Shown here: positions 10,494 to 19,443 of the stretch, piece by piece | Position numbering within the stretch: position 1 is the stretch's first letter | Layout: each line of letters opens with the position of its first letter | Origin: an uncultured Ignavibacteria bacterium | GTDB taxonomy: Bacteria > Bacteroidota > Ignavibacteria > UBA10030 > UBA6906 | Assembly: GCA_963780165.1 (NCBI GenBank) | Contig: CAWABB010000001.1 | Span: 2,219,591 to 2,283,590, forward strand | DNA length: 64,000 bases | Direction: 5' to 3' | Program-made: the position numbers and the translations under genes | The notes under the pieces: generated by a model | What the model saw: only the letters and a program-made list of their open reading frames with translations | What the model was told of the DNA's origin: nothing | Databases searched by the model: none

Positions 10494-13168
10494 CGCCCTC
10501 CTGGAAAGCGGTCGCCCTCCCGGCGCTTGTAGCCGTGGCTGCGGGGCTGCTTCTCGTCGCGAGCCTGCCCGCGCTCGAAGACGGCGTGACGCGCGGGAAG
10601 TACGCGGTCCGCGGTCCGATCCCCGCAGACACCAACATCGTTCTCGTGTACATCGACGATCAGGCCGTACAGACACTCGGCTGGCCGGTCCGGCGGAACT
10701 TCTACGCTCTCATGGTCACCGTGCTGCGCGAGCTCAAGGTCCGCGCGATCGGGCTTGAGCCGGTATTCGAGGCCCGCCAGCATGAGTATCTGGAGTACGA
10801 TGACCTCCTTGCGACCGTCAGCGCATCGGCCGGCAATGTCGTCGCGACCTCATACTTCGACAGGGTGTCGATGGAAGGGGCCGAGCTCGAGGCTGACAGC
10901 GTCGGCGGCGGCAGGATGCAGGCCAACGTCCGGCTCGTCGCGATGCGGGGGAAAGGGTATCACGGACCGTTCGACGCGCTGCGCGGGTCCGTCGCTGGCG
11001 TGGGTCACGTCAACTTCACCGAGCGCGGCGACGTTCCGGTGTTCATTCAGACAGGGCTCGACCTGGAGCCGTCGTTCGGCCTCGAGATGCTGAGGGTTGC
11101 GAGCGGCGGGCAGGTGAAGTTTCTCGGGTCGGGGGAGGATGGCCGTCCCGGGATCGATGACGGCCGCGTCATCGTGAGCGGGGACTCCGGCGATCGAGCG
11201 TTTGACGCGCCGGGCGGGATCGTGCGGCTCTCGTATCCGGGCCCCCTGACGTCGTTCACGCGATATCCCTTTCTCGAGGTCCTCAGGTCCTACGACGCCC
11301 TGCGCGCGGACAGGGAACCCGTCCTTCCCGTCGCACGCCTGAAGGACAAGATCGTCCTGGTCGGCCTCCTGGCTGAAGGACGCGGGCAATTTTTTCCCAC
11401 TCCTGTTGATCCGCGAATGCCATCGCTGGCCGTGCACGCGTCGTTTGTCGACAACGCTCTGAACGGACGGCTTCCCACGCCGATCCCATTCTGGCTGCTC
11501 GCGCTCGCGTTGCTGGCGTTTGCCGTCCTCTGCATGCTGGCCGCGACCCGATGTCGTCCGTTGCCGGGCGCCGGACTGATCGCTCTTGCGCTCCTCTCGT
11601 GGGCGGGGCTGTCGCAGGCTCTCTTTGCGGCCGTCTCGATCGTGCTGCCAGTGGTCCCGGCCCTGGTGATTGCCCTCGTGGCCGGCGGGTGGATGCTCGC
11701 ACGGGGTCACAGGGAAACCAGGACCACGGTGACGGCGTTGACAGAAGAGAAGGGCCGGATCCTCGAACAGTTGCGGGATCGCGAGGCGAGAGTCGCAATG
11801 CTCGAGCGCGAACTGGCGGGGGCGGAGAGCTCCGGGGCCGCCGAGCGCACCAGGGAGTTGCTTGAGGAAATCAGGGCGTACAAGTCCGAGATCCGGACCC
11901 TTGCCTCGCGCGCCGACGATATGGAGCCGTACGCCGCAGGCCCCTCCGCGGCAGCCGGCCCTCCTGCCGTGTTCGAAGGGATGGTGTACGCGCAGCACGG
12001 AGCGTTGCGGCAGGTTGTTGAGTTTGTCGGCAAGATCGCGGATAGTACGGCACCCGTCTTGATCCTTGGCGAGAGCGGTACCGGGAAGGAGATGATCGCC
12101 AGGGCGATCCACGCACGGAGCGGCAGGAAGTCCGGCCCGTTCGTTGCGGTCAACTGCGGGGCACTCTCGGAGGGGCTTCTGGAGAGCGAGCTCTTCGGGC
12201 ACGAAAAAGGAGCCTTCACGGGTGCGGTCAAGGACCGGATGGGGCGGTTTGAGCTGGCCCATCAGGGCACCATCCTTCTCGACGAGATCGGGGAGACCAC
12301 CGACGGATTCCAGGTGAAGCTGTTGCGCATCCTGCAGCGCGGCGAGTTCGAGCGCGTCGGCGGAGCGCAGACGCTGCACGCAGATGTTCGCGTCGTCGCC
12401 GCGACGAATCGGAACCTCAAGGAGCTCGTCCGCACAGGGGGATTCCGGGAGGACCTCTTCTACCGGCTGAACGTCCTCACGGTGGAGATCGCTCCCCTGC
12501 GGGAGCGGAGAGAAGACATCCCGTTGCTTGTGCAGCACTTCCTCCGGAGCGAGGGCGATGGGTTGAGCATCTCGCGGAACGTCATGGAAGCGCTCGAAGC
12601 GTACAGCTGGCCCGGGAACATTCGCGAGCTCGAGAGCGCAATCCGGCGGGCCGCGCTGCTTGCGCGCGCGGATCAGCGGTCGATGATCAGCGTGAAGGAC
12701 CTCACGGACGAAGTCGCTGCCGTCGTTCGGGGAAGGGTCCCTCTTGAAGAGCAGATCCTCACAAGCCTGCGTGAGAAAGAGTTTTCGCGCAGCGCCATCA
12801 CGGCCACGGCCACGGAGGTGGGCGGACTCAACCGGGGCACCGTCGCCGAGTATCTCCGCGGCGAAGCAATCCGTGCGTTTGTTGAACACCGGTTCGATGT
12901 GGAGAAGGCCGTCCGTGCGGTGTCGCTTTCGGCTGAGGTGAAGGTCAACGACCGCATCAGGAAACGGCTGATCGACTACCTGGCGAACCTGGTCGAGGCA
13001 CTCGATCGTGGTCGTCCCTGGAACGAGGTGCGTGAGGGATTGAAACCGAAGATGAAGAATCTCCCGCAGCGGTATCACAAGCATCTTGAAGAGGCTGCAG
13101 AGGCGTATTTTCGAGGGCTCTGGCAGCTCCCCGCAGAGCCTTCTGGCGGCCCCGGGGGTTCACTCTGA
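10475..13168 (+). CDS. σ54-dependent enhancer-binding protein with periplasmic CHASE2 sensor domain and transmembrane segments
   Basis: N-terminus is CHASE2-like (…[31 protein letters not shown]…). Three hydrophobic helices ([19 protein letters not shown]…[12 protein letters not shown]…[20 protein letters not shown]), then a coiled-coil. AAA+ σ54 activator core: GESGTGKE, the GAFTGA motif, …[12 protein letters not shown]…[11 protein letters not shown]…, arginine finger. A weak helix-turn-helix-like C-terminus. Overlaps the M23 gene by 19 nt. Confidence 0.85.
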   Translation: MAERSMTPSWKAVALPALVAVAAGLLLVASLPALEDGVTRGKYAVRGPIPADTNIVLVYIDDQAVQTLGWPVRRNFYALMVTVLRELKVRAIGLEPVFEARQHEYLEYDDLLATVSASAGNVVATSYFDRVSMEGAELEADSVGGGRMQANVRLVAMRGKGYHGPFDALRGSVAGVGHVNFTERGDVPVFIQTGLDLEPSFGLEMLRVASGGQVKFLGSGEDGRPGIDDGRVIVSGDSGDRAFDAPGGIVRLSYPGPLTSFTRYPFLEVLRSYDALRADREPVLPVARLKDKIVLVGLLAEGRGQFFPTPVDPRMPSLAVHASFVDNALNGRLPTPIPFWLLALALLAFAVLCMLAATRCRPLPGAGLIALALLSWAGLSQALFAAVSIVLPVVPALVIALVAGGWMLARGHRETRTTVTALTEEKGRILEQLRDREARVAMLERELAGAESSGAAERTRELLEEIRAYKSEIRTLASRADDMEPYAAGPSAAAGPPAVFEGMVYAQHGALRQVVEFVGKIADSTAPVLILGESGTGKEMIARAIHARSGRKSGPFVAVNCGALSEGLLESELFGHEKGAFTGAVKDRMGRFELAHQGTILLDEIGETTDGFQVKLLRILQRGEFERVGGAQTLHADVRVVAATNRNLKELVRTGGFREDLFYRLNVLTVEIAPLRERREDIPLLVQHFLRSEGDGLSISRNVMEALEAYSWPGNIRELESAIRRAALLARADQRSMISVKDLTDEVAAVVRGRVPLEEQILTSLREKEFSRSAITATATEVGGLNRGTVAEYLRGEAIRAFVEHRFDVEKAVRAVSLSAEVKVNDRIRKRLIDYLANLVEALDRGRPWNEVREGLKPKMKNLPQRYHKHLEEAAEAYFRGLWQLPAEPSGGPGGSL

Positions 13169-13261
13169 AACACGGTAAACCTTTCCATGTCGCGGCGTGT
13201 CCAATATGATAGCGGGAATGAAGAGTCAACTTTTGTGACATTTCTCCAGAGGCCTCTGACC

Positions 13262-13651
13262 ATGCGTACAACCACCTCTTTTCTTAGCGCGCTCGTCCTG
13301 ATTCTTGTCGCTTCCACCCTTGCAGATGCGCAGCCTTCCGGCCCCACCGCGCCACCCGATAGCGCACGGATTGAGCAGACGATTGCCGACATGAAAGCAA
13401 AGGTAAAGATTTCCGACGCTCAGGCGACGAAGATCCGCCCCATTCTCCAGGACAACATGGCTGCCATGCAGAGGGACCGGGCTTCGGGTCAGATGAACCG
13501 CGAGGCGGCCCGGGAGCGGATGCTCGCCATGGACGAGAAGATCAAAGCGGTGCTGACCGCCGAGCAGTTGCCGTTGTACGACAAATACCGCGAGGAGCGG
13601 CGCCAGATGATGCGAGACCGGATGCGTGAGACGCAGGAGAGACCGCAGTGA
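13262..13651 (+). CDS. Small periplasmic Spy/CpxP-family-like protein (LTXXQ motif)
   Basis: Signal MRTTTSFLSALVLILVASTLADA. A helical, charged protein with LTAEQLPLY (LTXXQ) and a similar …ISDAQATKIRPIL… element. Start taken at an internal Met of ORF 13187. Confidence 0.5.
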   Translation: MRTTTSFLSALVLILVASTLADAQPSGPTAPPDSARIEQTIADMKAKVKISDAQATKIRPILQDNMAAMQRDRASGQMNREAARERMLAMDEKIKAVLTAEQLPLYDKYREERRQMMRDRMRETQERPQ

Positions 13652-15096
13652 AGAGAGCAGTGATTGTCGCCGCCGCGGTCGTCGTTGTTGCGGTCGGAGC
13701 CTGGGTTGTCTTCGGGGTCGGGCGAAATGACGCTGAGCCGACCTCGCCGGCCAGCCAGCTGCAACGGGAGGCAAGGCTCGTTCGGGGGGATCTCGAGTTG
13801 ACCGTCTCTGCCGACGGCGTCGTGCAGCCGATCAACAAGGTCGAAGTGAAATCAAAAGCGAGCGGCCAGATTCTGGAACTGAACTTCGTCGAAGGGCAGG
13901 AGGTCACGAAAGACGAGCTGCTGATCGCCCTCGATCAAAGGACGGCGCTCAACGATTATGAGCAGGCGAAGGCGGATCTCGAGCTCGCTCAGGCGAACGC
14001 CGCCCAGCAGGAGAACAACTACCGGCGCTCCGGTGAGCTGTTCGAAAAGCACATGATCTCCCAGCAAGAGCTGGATCTGGCGAACGTCGAGTTCGTGCGG
14101 GCCAAGTCGTCGCTCGTCAAGGCCCGCGCGGCGCTGTCGTCGGCCGACGAGCGCCTGCGCGACACGCGGATCCGCGCGCCCATCACGGGGATCATCCTCA
14201 CGAAGAATGTGGAGATCGGGCAGATCATCTCTTCGGGTGTGTCGAACGTGGGCGGGGGATCGTTGCTTGCGACCCTTGCCGACATGACGCAGGTGTACGT
14301 CGAGACGAATGTGGACGAAGTGGACATCGGCCGGGTTGCCGTAGGGCAGACTGCAAAGGTCGTGGCGGACGCGTATCCGGACGATGCATTCACGGGCGAA
14401 GTGATCCGGATCGCGCCCCTCGGCAAAACTGCGCAGAATGTGACGGTGTTCAGCGTCATCATCCTGGTGAAGAACCGCGGCGGGCGGCTCAAGGCCGGGA
14501 TGAGCGCGTCGGTGGACATCGAGATCTTCCGACGTCAGAATGTGCTCCTGGCTCCCAATGAAGCTCTCATCGATCCGAAAAGCGAGCAGGGACGCGAGCT
14601 GATAGCCTCACACGCGGAAGGGAATGGCGGTAGTGTCGATTCGGCCGGCGGGCTGCAGGCGCCACCCGCGGGCATGATGCCGGATCCGGGATCGTTCAGG
14701 GAGCGGATGCAGTCGATGTCGCCCGAGGAGCGTGAGAAGATGCGTGAGGAATTCCGGAAGCGGGTGGAGCAGATGTCGCCGGAGGAGCGCGAGCGCTTCC
14801 GCGCCATGCGCGGAGGTGGAGGAGGCGAGGGCGGAAGCCCCGGCCGCAGATCGGGCCAGGCTCCACGGCAGGAGGAAGCGCGGCGCAGGCTCGTGCTGGT
14901 CCGCGACTCGAGCGGGTTTTCCCCCAGGATGGTCAGGGTTGGCGTGGCCAACTACGACTACAGCGAAGTACTCGAGGGCCTGCGCGAAGGCGACGAAGTC
15001 CAGATCACGACAGTCTCGCGCGCGAAACAGGATGCCGAAGCCTTCAATGAACGCATGAGAAGCAGGCAGGGTATGGGAGGAGTCCGCGTCCGGTGA
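13648..15096 (+). CDS. Efflux periplasmic adaptor subunit (HlyD/MacA family) with C-proximal SPEERE-repeat insert
   Basis: GTG start overlapping the upstream stop. TM anchor, coiled-coil hairpin (…DLELAQANAAQQENNYRRSGELFEKHMISQQELDLANVEFVRAKSSL…), β-barrel and MP domains. An insert repeats MSPEEREKMREEFRKRVEQMSPEERERFRAMRG. Confidence 0.85.
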   Translation: MKRAVIVAAAVVVVAVGAWVVFGVGRNDAEPTSPASQLQREARLVRGDLELTVSADGVVQPINKVEVKSKASGQILELNFVEGQEVTKDELLIALDQRTALNDYEQAKADLELAQANAAQQENNYRRSGELFEKHMISQQELDLANVEFVRAKSSLVKARAALSSADERLRDTRIRAPITGIILTKNVEIGQIISSGVSNVGGGSLLATLADMTQVYVETNVDEVDIGRVAVGQTAKVVADAYPDDAFTGEVIRIAPLGKTAQNVTVFSVIILVKNRGGRLKAGMSASVDIEIFRRQNVLLAPNEALIDPKSEQGRELIASHAEGNGGSVDSAGGLQAPPAGMMPDPGSFRERMQSMSPEEREKMREEFRKRVEQMSPEERERFRAMRGGGGGEGGSPGRRSGQAPRQEEARRRLVLVRDSSGFSPRMVRVGVANYDYSEVLEGLREGDEVQITTVSRAKQDAEAFNERMRSRQGMGGVRVR

Positions 15097-16310
15097 AAGC
15101 AGGAGAGAGCTTCGCTACCGCCTTCCGGGCCATCCTGGCGAACAAATTCCGGGCGCTCCTGACGATGCTGGGGATCATCATCGGCGTTGCCGCCGTGATC
15201 ACAATGATCGGCATCGGGGAGGGAGCTCAGCAGGCCGTGGTGGAGCGCATTCAGTCGCTCGGGTCGAACCTCCTCTTCATCTCGCCCGGAGTGCACCGGG
15301 AAGGCGGTTCTCCCGTCACGCAGGCGGGCTCAAGCGTTCGCCTGAAGGTGAAGGATGCCGACGCCATCCGGGAGCAATCCACGTACGTGGATGCGGTCGT
15401 TCCGGAGCTCTCCCGACAGGCCCAGGTGAAGTACGAGAATCGAAACTGGGGCACCAGAATCATCGGTACTGTCCCGGAGTACGAATCCGTCCGCAGCTTC
15501 CGGGCCGTCCGCGGCAGGTTCTTCAGCCATTCGGAAGAGCGTGGGGTCGCGAAGGTCTGCCTTCTCGGGGCGACCGTCGCCGAAACCCTCTTCCCCGAGA
15601 GCGACCCCCTCGGCGCGCAGATTCGTATCCAGGGACAGACCTTCACCGTCATCGGACTCCTGGAAAGCAAGGGGCAAAGCGGGTGGCAGAATCCGGACGA
15701 CCAGATCATCGTTCCCCTCTCGACGGCCCAGCGCCGTCTCTTCGGTCTCGACTATCTCTCCCAGATCACTGTTCGCGCGCCGAGCGACAAGATGATGGAC
15801 AAGGCGTTCCTGGACATCGAGCGGATCCTCCGGAGGGAACACAGGCTCCGCCCGGAGTGGGACAACGATTTCACCATCAGGAACCAGGCGGATATCATTC
15901 AGACGTTCCAGGAAACGCAGGAAACGTTCACGCTGCTGCTCGCGGGAATCGCCGCCGTGTCGCTGGTCGTCGGCGGCATCGGCATCATGAACATTATGCT
16001 GATTTCGGTCACCGAACGCACGCGTGAGATCGGGATCAGGAAGGCCGTCGGTGCACGGAAGCGGGACATCATGCTCCAGTTTCTGATCGAGTCCGTCGTG
16101 CTGAGCGTGGCCGGAGGAATTATCGGCATCGGGGTCGGCATCGCCGCGTCGTTTGTGATCACCAGGTACGGCGAATGGAATCCGATTATCTCTCCGAACT
16201 CCATTGTGCTCAGCTTCCTCTTTGCCTCGTTCGTCGGGATTTTTTTCGGACTGTACCCCGCATGGAAAGCTGCGATGTCCGACACCATCGAGGCGCTGCG
16301 CTATGAATAG
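15093..16310 (+). CDS. ABC transporter permease, MacB/FtsX family (permease only, no fused ATPase)
   Basis: TM1 LLTMLGIIIGVAAVITMIG, a large periplasmic domain, then 3 C-terminal TMs containing the FtsX motif region …ERTREIGIRKAVGARKRDI…. Confidence 0.85.
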   Translation: MKAGESFATAFRAILANKFRALLTMLGIIIGVAAVITMIGIGEGAQQAVVERIQSLGSNLLFISPGVHREGGSPVTQAGSSVRLKVKDADAIREQSTYVDAVVPELSRQAQVKYENRNWGTRIIGTVPEYESVRSFRAVRGRFFSHSEERGVAKVCLLGATVAETLFPESDPLGAQIRIQGQTFTVIGLLESKGQSGWQNPDDQIIVPLSTAQRRLFGLDYLSQITVRAPSDKMMDKAFLDIERILRREHRLRPEWDNDFTIRNQADIIQTFQETQETFTLLLAGIAAVSLVVGGIGIMNIMLISVTERTREIGIRKAVGARKRDIMLQFLIESVVLSVAGGIIGIGVGIAASFVITRYGEWNPIISPNSIVLSFLFASFVGIFFGLYPAWKAAMSDTIEALRYE

Positions 16311-17091
16311 TGCAACCGGCGCATCAGGCACGACGCCCTCGCGGCAACCGGTCAGCGCGGTCATCATCACGATGAATGAGGGGGTGAACATCGAGCGCTG
16401 CCTCGACTCCGTCCGGTGGTGCGACGAGATCGTTGTGGTCGACTCCGGTAGCTCGGACGCCACCGTCGGGATCGCACGGCGGTACGGGTGCCTCGTGTCG
16501 ATTCGACCGTTTACCGGCTACGGTGACCAGAAGCAGTTCGCCGTCGACCAGGCGTCGCACGATTGGATCCTCAGCATCGATGCCGATGAAGTGATCACTC
16601 CCGGACTTCGCGATGAGCTGCTCGCGTTTCTGGGGATGGGGAGCGCGGATGCCGCGGGCGTGGAGATTCCGCGCACGATGGTGTTTCTCGGCCGGGAATT
16701 CAAGCGCGGCGCGGAACATGCTTCCCCGCTGCTCAGGATGTTCCGGCGTTCGCTGGGGGGGTTCACGTCGGCCGCGGTTCACGAGCGGATCGATGTGCGG
16801 GGAAAGGTGACGCGCTGCGGCGGGGAGATGCTTCACTACAGCTATGTCTCGATCGAACAGTATCTTCAGAAGTTCAACGCTTACACAACGGCGGCCGCGC
16901 GGATGCAGCATGCGCAGGGCAATCGCGCCTCCGTGGCCTCGATCGCGCTGGCGTTTCCTCTCGGCTTCGTCAGGCAGTATTTCCTCAAGGGCAACTTCCT
17001 GAACGGCTATCCCGGGTTTCTCTGGGCGTTCCTCTCGGCCGTCTATCCGGTCGTGAAGTACGCGAAGCTCCGGCAACTCTCCCGCACGTAA
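16303..17091 (+). CDS. Glycosyltransferase family 2
   Basis: VSAVIITMNEGVNIERCLDSV…VVDSGSSDAT…DADE (DxD). ATG at 16303 overlaps the MacB stop. Confidence 0.8.
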   Translation: MNSATGASGTTPSRQPVSAVIITMNEGVNIERCLDSVRWCDEIVVVDSGSSDATVGIARRYGCLVSIRPFTGYGDQKQFAVDQASHDWILSIDADEVITPGLRDELLAFLGMGSADAAGVEIPRTMVFLGREFKRGAEHASPLLRMFRRSLGGFTSAAVHERIDVRGKVTRCGGEMLHYSYVSIEQYLQKFNAYTTAAARMQHAQGNRASVASIALAFPLGFVRQYFLKGNFLNGYPGFLWAFLSAVYPVVKYAKLRQLSRT

Positions 17092-17342
17092 GGCCCCGCC
17101 CGGGGGCGTGTCTTCTCTACCGACATTGTTCGGTCATCGGTCTCCGGCCTTCAGGGGATGAGGGTGCCCTGTCACCTCTCTCGGGCATCCCATCGCTTCC
17201 GCGGGGTTTTTGGGCGTCCCGCACTTCGTCTGCCACTTCCCGCAGTTCGCCGGGCCTCCAGTGACCCCCCGCGCAACGCAAAACGGCTGTAACTCATTTA
17301 CCGGAAAAGGGTTGTCCGGGTCACGCCACCGGTCCACATCTC

Positions 17343-17358
17343 TGGCACGGCCATTGAA
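17343..17358 (+). promoter_or_regulatory. Candidate σ54 −24/−12 element (TGGCACG-N4-TTGA)
   Basis: TGGCACGgccaTTGAa has correct spacing, a perfect −24 box and a GA instead of GC at −12. It lies ~80 nt upstream of the ATG at 17440. Confidence 0.3.
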
Positions 17359-17439
17359 AGAACTATGGGCGCTGGCGCGTTCGAATTCGAACTGCCGTTG
17401 CACATTCCAATCACCATTCAGTATGCGGGGGAGACAGTC

Positions 17440-18438
17440 ATGAGCAAGCGCGGAGAGCTGTGGACGCTGGCAGGTCTGGCCGTGATGGGCCTTCTGATTG
17501 CCGGCTGTTCTGACAACCAGACCGGGCCTGGGGACGGCGGTGCGGCTCCGCTGGGGGTGACCACCGAAAAGCAGGCAATCGAGTATTACGCGGTGAACGA
17601 CGGCTTTGTCGCGAACGATGAAGAGACCTTCGCAGACCGCGAAGTGACACCTGTCGACGCCGGCTCGTTTGGAAAGATTGATGCCGCGGTAACGCCGATC
17701 CGGTTCGCCAGGGTCATCACGGGCATCACGAAGACTGTGGAGACCACGTTCGAGCCCGGCGATGAGGTCGCGATCGCGCATATCACGAAGGACATCACGG
17801 GCATCTTCAAGATTCTCGTCGTGACGGCGGAGAACGAAACGCTGATGGTGGAAAAACCGTTCAACGACGTGTCCGAACGCAACGTGGTGTTCAAGCGTCT
17901 CGCACGCAACCCGAACCGCTTCTGGCAGAACTGGATGCCGGTCTCGTCGTCGCTCGTGAGAGGCGAAACGATGCCCCCGAACAATTCCATCACGATCAAG
18001 CAGCTGGAGTTGATCACGGGGGACACCACGATCGTGATCACCGACCCGCTCGAGCATTACCTGTACTACGGTTGGATGGGGCAGCACCAGCTTCGCGCCG
18101 GCTTGAGGAAGTGTATGGTCCCAGAGCTGGTTGGCGGCCAGGAGGTGCGTATCCGCGTGACACTTGAGAGCACGTCGCCTGATACCGACTTCGTTGCGGT
18201 CCGATATGGCTTCAAGAACCTGAATTGGAAGAGGTTCCCGATGACCATGGTGGAGCAGCTGCAGAGCGGCGACGTGTACACGCGTGTCTACGAAACGGTC
18301 CGGGATCATCCGCTCTTCATGCACTACCACCGCGGCTGGTTCAACCTTGGGATCGACGCGGTGACGCATGAAACCCTGTTCGACGATCAGGCTCCGTATT
18401 CCGCGAGCTGGTGGGGGGTCCCGTACAGGGTTCTCTAG
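17440..18438 (+). CDS. Hypothetical lipoprotein (first gene of the uncharacterised envelope cluster)
   Basis: MSKRGELWTLAGLAVMGLLIAGCSDN (lipobox). High GC3 on this strand. The long opposite-strand ORF 17134..18555 is judged spurious. Confidence 0.7.
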   Translation: MSKRGELWTLAGLAVMGLLIAGCSDNQTGPGDGGAAPLGVTTEKQAIEYYAVNDGFVANDEETFADREVTPVDAGSFGKIDAAVTPIRFARVITGITKTVETTFEPGDEVAIAHITKDITGIFKILVVTAENETLMVEKPFNDVSERNVVFKRLARNPNRFWQNWMPVSSSLVRGETMPPNNSITIKQLELITGDTTIVITDPLEHYLYYGWMGQHQLRAGLRKCMVPELVGGQEVRIRVTLESTSPDTDFVAVRYGFKNLNWKRFPMTMVEQLQSGDVYTRVYETVRDHPLFMHYHRGWFNLGIDAVTHETLFDDQAPYSASWWGVPYRVL

Positions 18439-18460
18439 AGTCGCCGCCGGTCTGCGCAAC

Positions 18461-18489
18461 GACCCCGGGCTGGAATCCAGTCCGGGGTC
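18461..18489 (+). terminator. Strong GC hairpin between cluster genes 1 and 2
   Basis: GACCCCGGGCTGGAaTCCAGTCCGGGGTC: ~12–14 bp stem with one G·U. No U-tract. Followed by a σ70-like TTGAAT-N18-TATCTT. Confidence 0.4.
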
Positions 18490-18555
18490 GCGCGTTGTCC
18501 GGCGCGGTTGAATATCATACGGTGAATCGTGTATCTTGACAGCACAGGCGGACAC

Positions 18556-19443
18556 ATGAAACGCGCGCGCGACATTCTATCGACCCTCACCATCGTTCTC
18601 CTGACGGGATGCCAGCAGCCATCCGACATCGTGGTGGCCCCTGCATCGGCCGACCAGGCCAGCGTGGAAATTGTCCCGGTCGTCGTTCCGGACACCGCCT
18701 CGTCAGGCGCGTGGTCCGATTCGACTGCTCTCTTGCCGCAGGAACAGTCGCTGCGAGGCGGATCGTTCCTGCTGAATCGGGTGACCCACGATACCGGAAC
18801 GGGCAGCGTGAAATTCGCGTTTGCGCACGCCTTCTTTGCCGACAGCGCCGTGCAGATGTGGGGCAAGAACTGCGGGTTCAGCGGGCGCGATCTCGGGGCG
18901 ATCGCCTTCGACGGGGGGCTGATGCTCCGATACCCTCACGTACTCCACGCCAGGACGAACCTCGGCATCGATACCGCCCTGGCACGCGGCGTTGCCTATA
19001 TCTCCAATGGGACCCAGACGTACGCGCCAAACCGCGAGTTCTCCTGGGTGCTCAATCCTGCGGGCAATCATTTCGTGACGGTGTCGGTCAGGACGCCCGA
19101 CGACCTGGTGGTGCGTGCGCCGCTCGGGGGGACTCGTGTGTCCAGAACCCAGGACCTCGAGCTGCGGTGGACAGGGGCGAACGGCAGGATGGACATCGTG
19201 ATCAGCACCTATGAGCCGATGCGGCGTAAGAGCCGCCCGATTCTCACGCTGAATCCGCCTGCAAGCGCGGGACGTGTTGTGCTTCCAGCGCGGCTTCTCT
19301 CGGGCCTGCCTGCGACAGCCCGGTTCTATATCATCACGTTCATCCTCTCGAATCGCACGGAATCGATCTCTGTGCCGCAGTATCCGGCGCGGGTGTTCGC
19401 CCGGGCGGCCGACGTCTACAACAGCTACGTCGAGATCCGGTGA
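18556..19443 (+). CDS. Hypothetical lipoprotein
   Basis: MKRARDILSTLTIVLLTGCQQ (lipobox). Its stop overlaps the next start (ATGA at 19440–19443). Confidence 0.65.
   Translation: MKRARDILSTLTIVLLTGCQQPSDIVVAPASADQASVEIVPVVVPDTASSGAWSDSTALLPQEQSLRGGSFLLNRVTHDTGTGSVKFAFAHAFFADSAVQMWGKNCGFSGRDLGAIAFDGGLMLRYPHVLHARTNLGIDTALARGVAYISNGTQTYAPNREFSWVLNPAGNHFVTVSVRTPDDLVVRAPLGGTRVSRTQDLELRWTGANGRMDIVISTYEPMRRKSRPILTLNPPASAGRVVLPARLLSGLPATARFYIITFILSNRTESISVPQYPARVFARAADVYNSYVEIR

Noticed and set aside
13169-13261. σ54 promoter upstream of the Spy-like/MacA/MacB module (expected because the EBP is adjacent)
   Set aside because: No GG-N10-GC / TGGCAC-N5-TTGC arrangement is present in the 93-nt gap, so σ54 control of this module is not supported by sequence.
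17365-17439. Upstream in-frame extension (MGAGAFEFELPLHIPITIQYAGETV) of the lipoprotein at 17440
   Set aside because: The lipoprotein signal peptide and lipobox begin at Met 17440. The extension would bury the signal and would start only 8 nt after the candidate −12 element.
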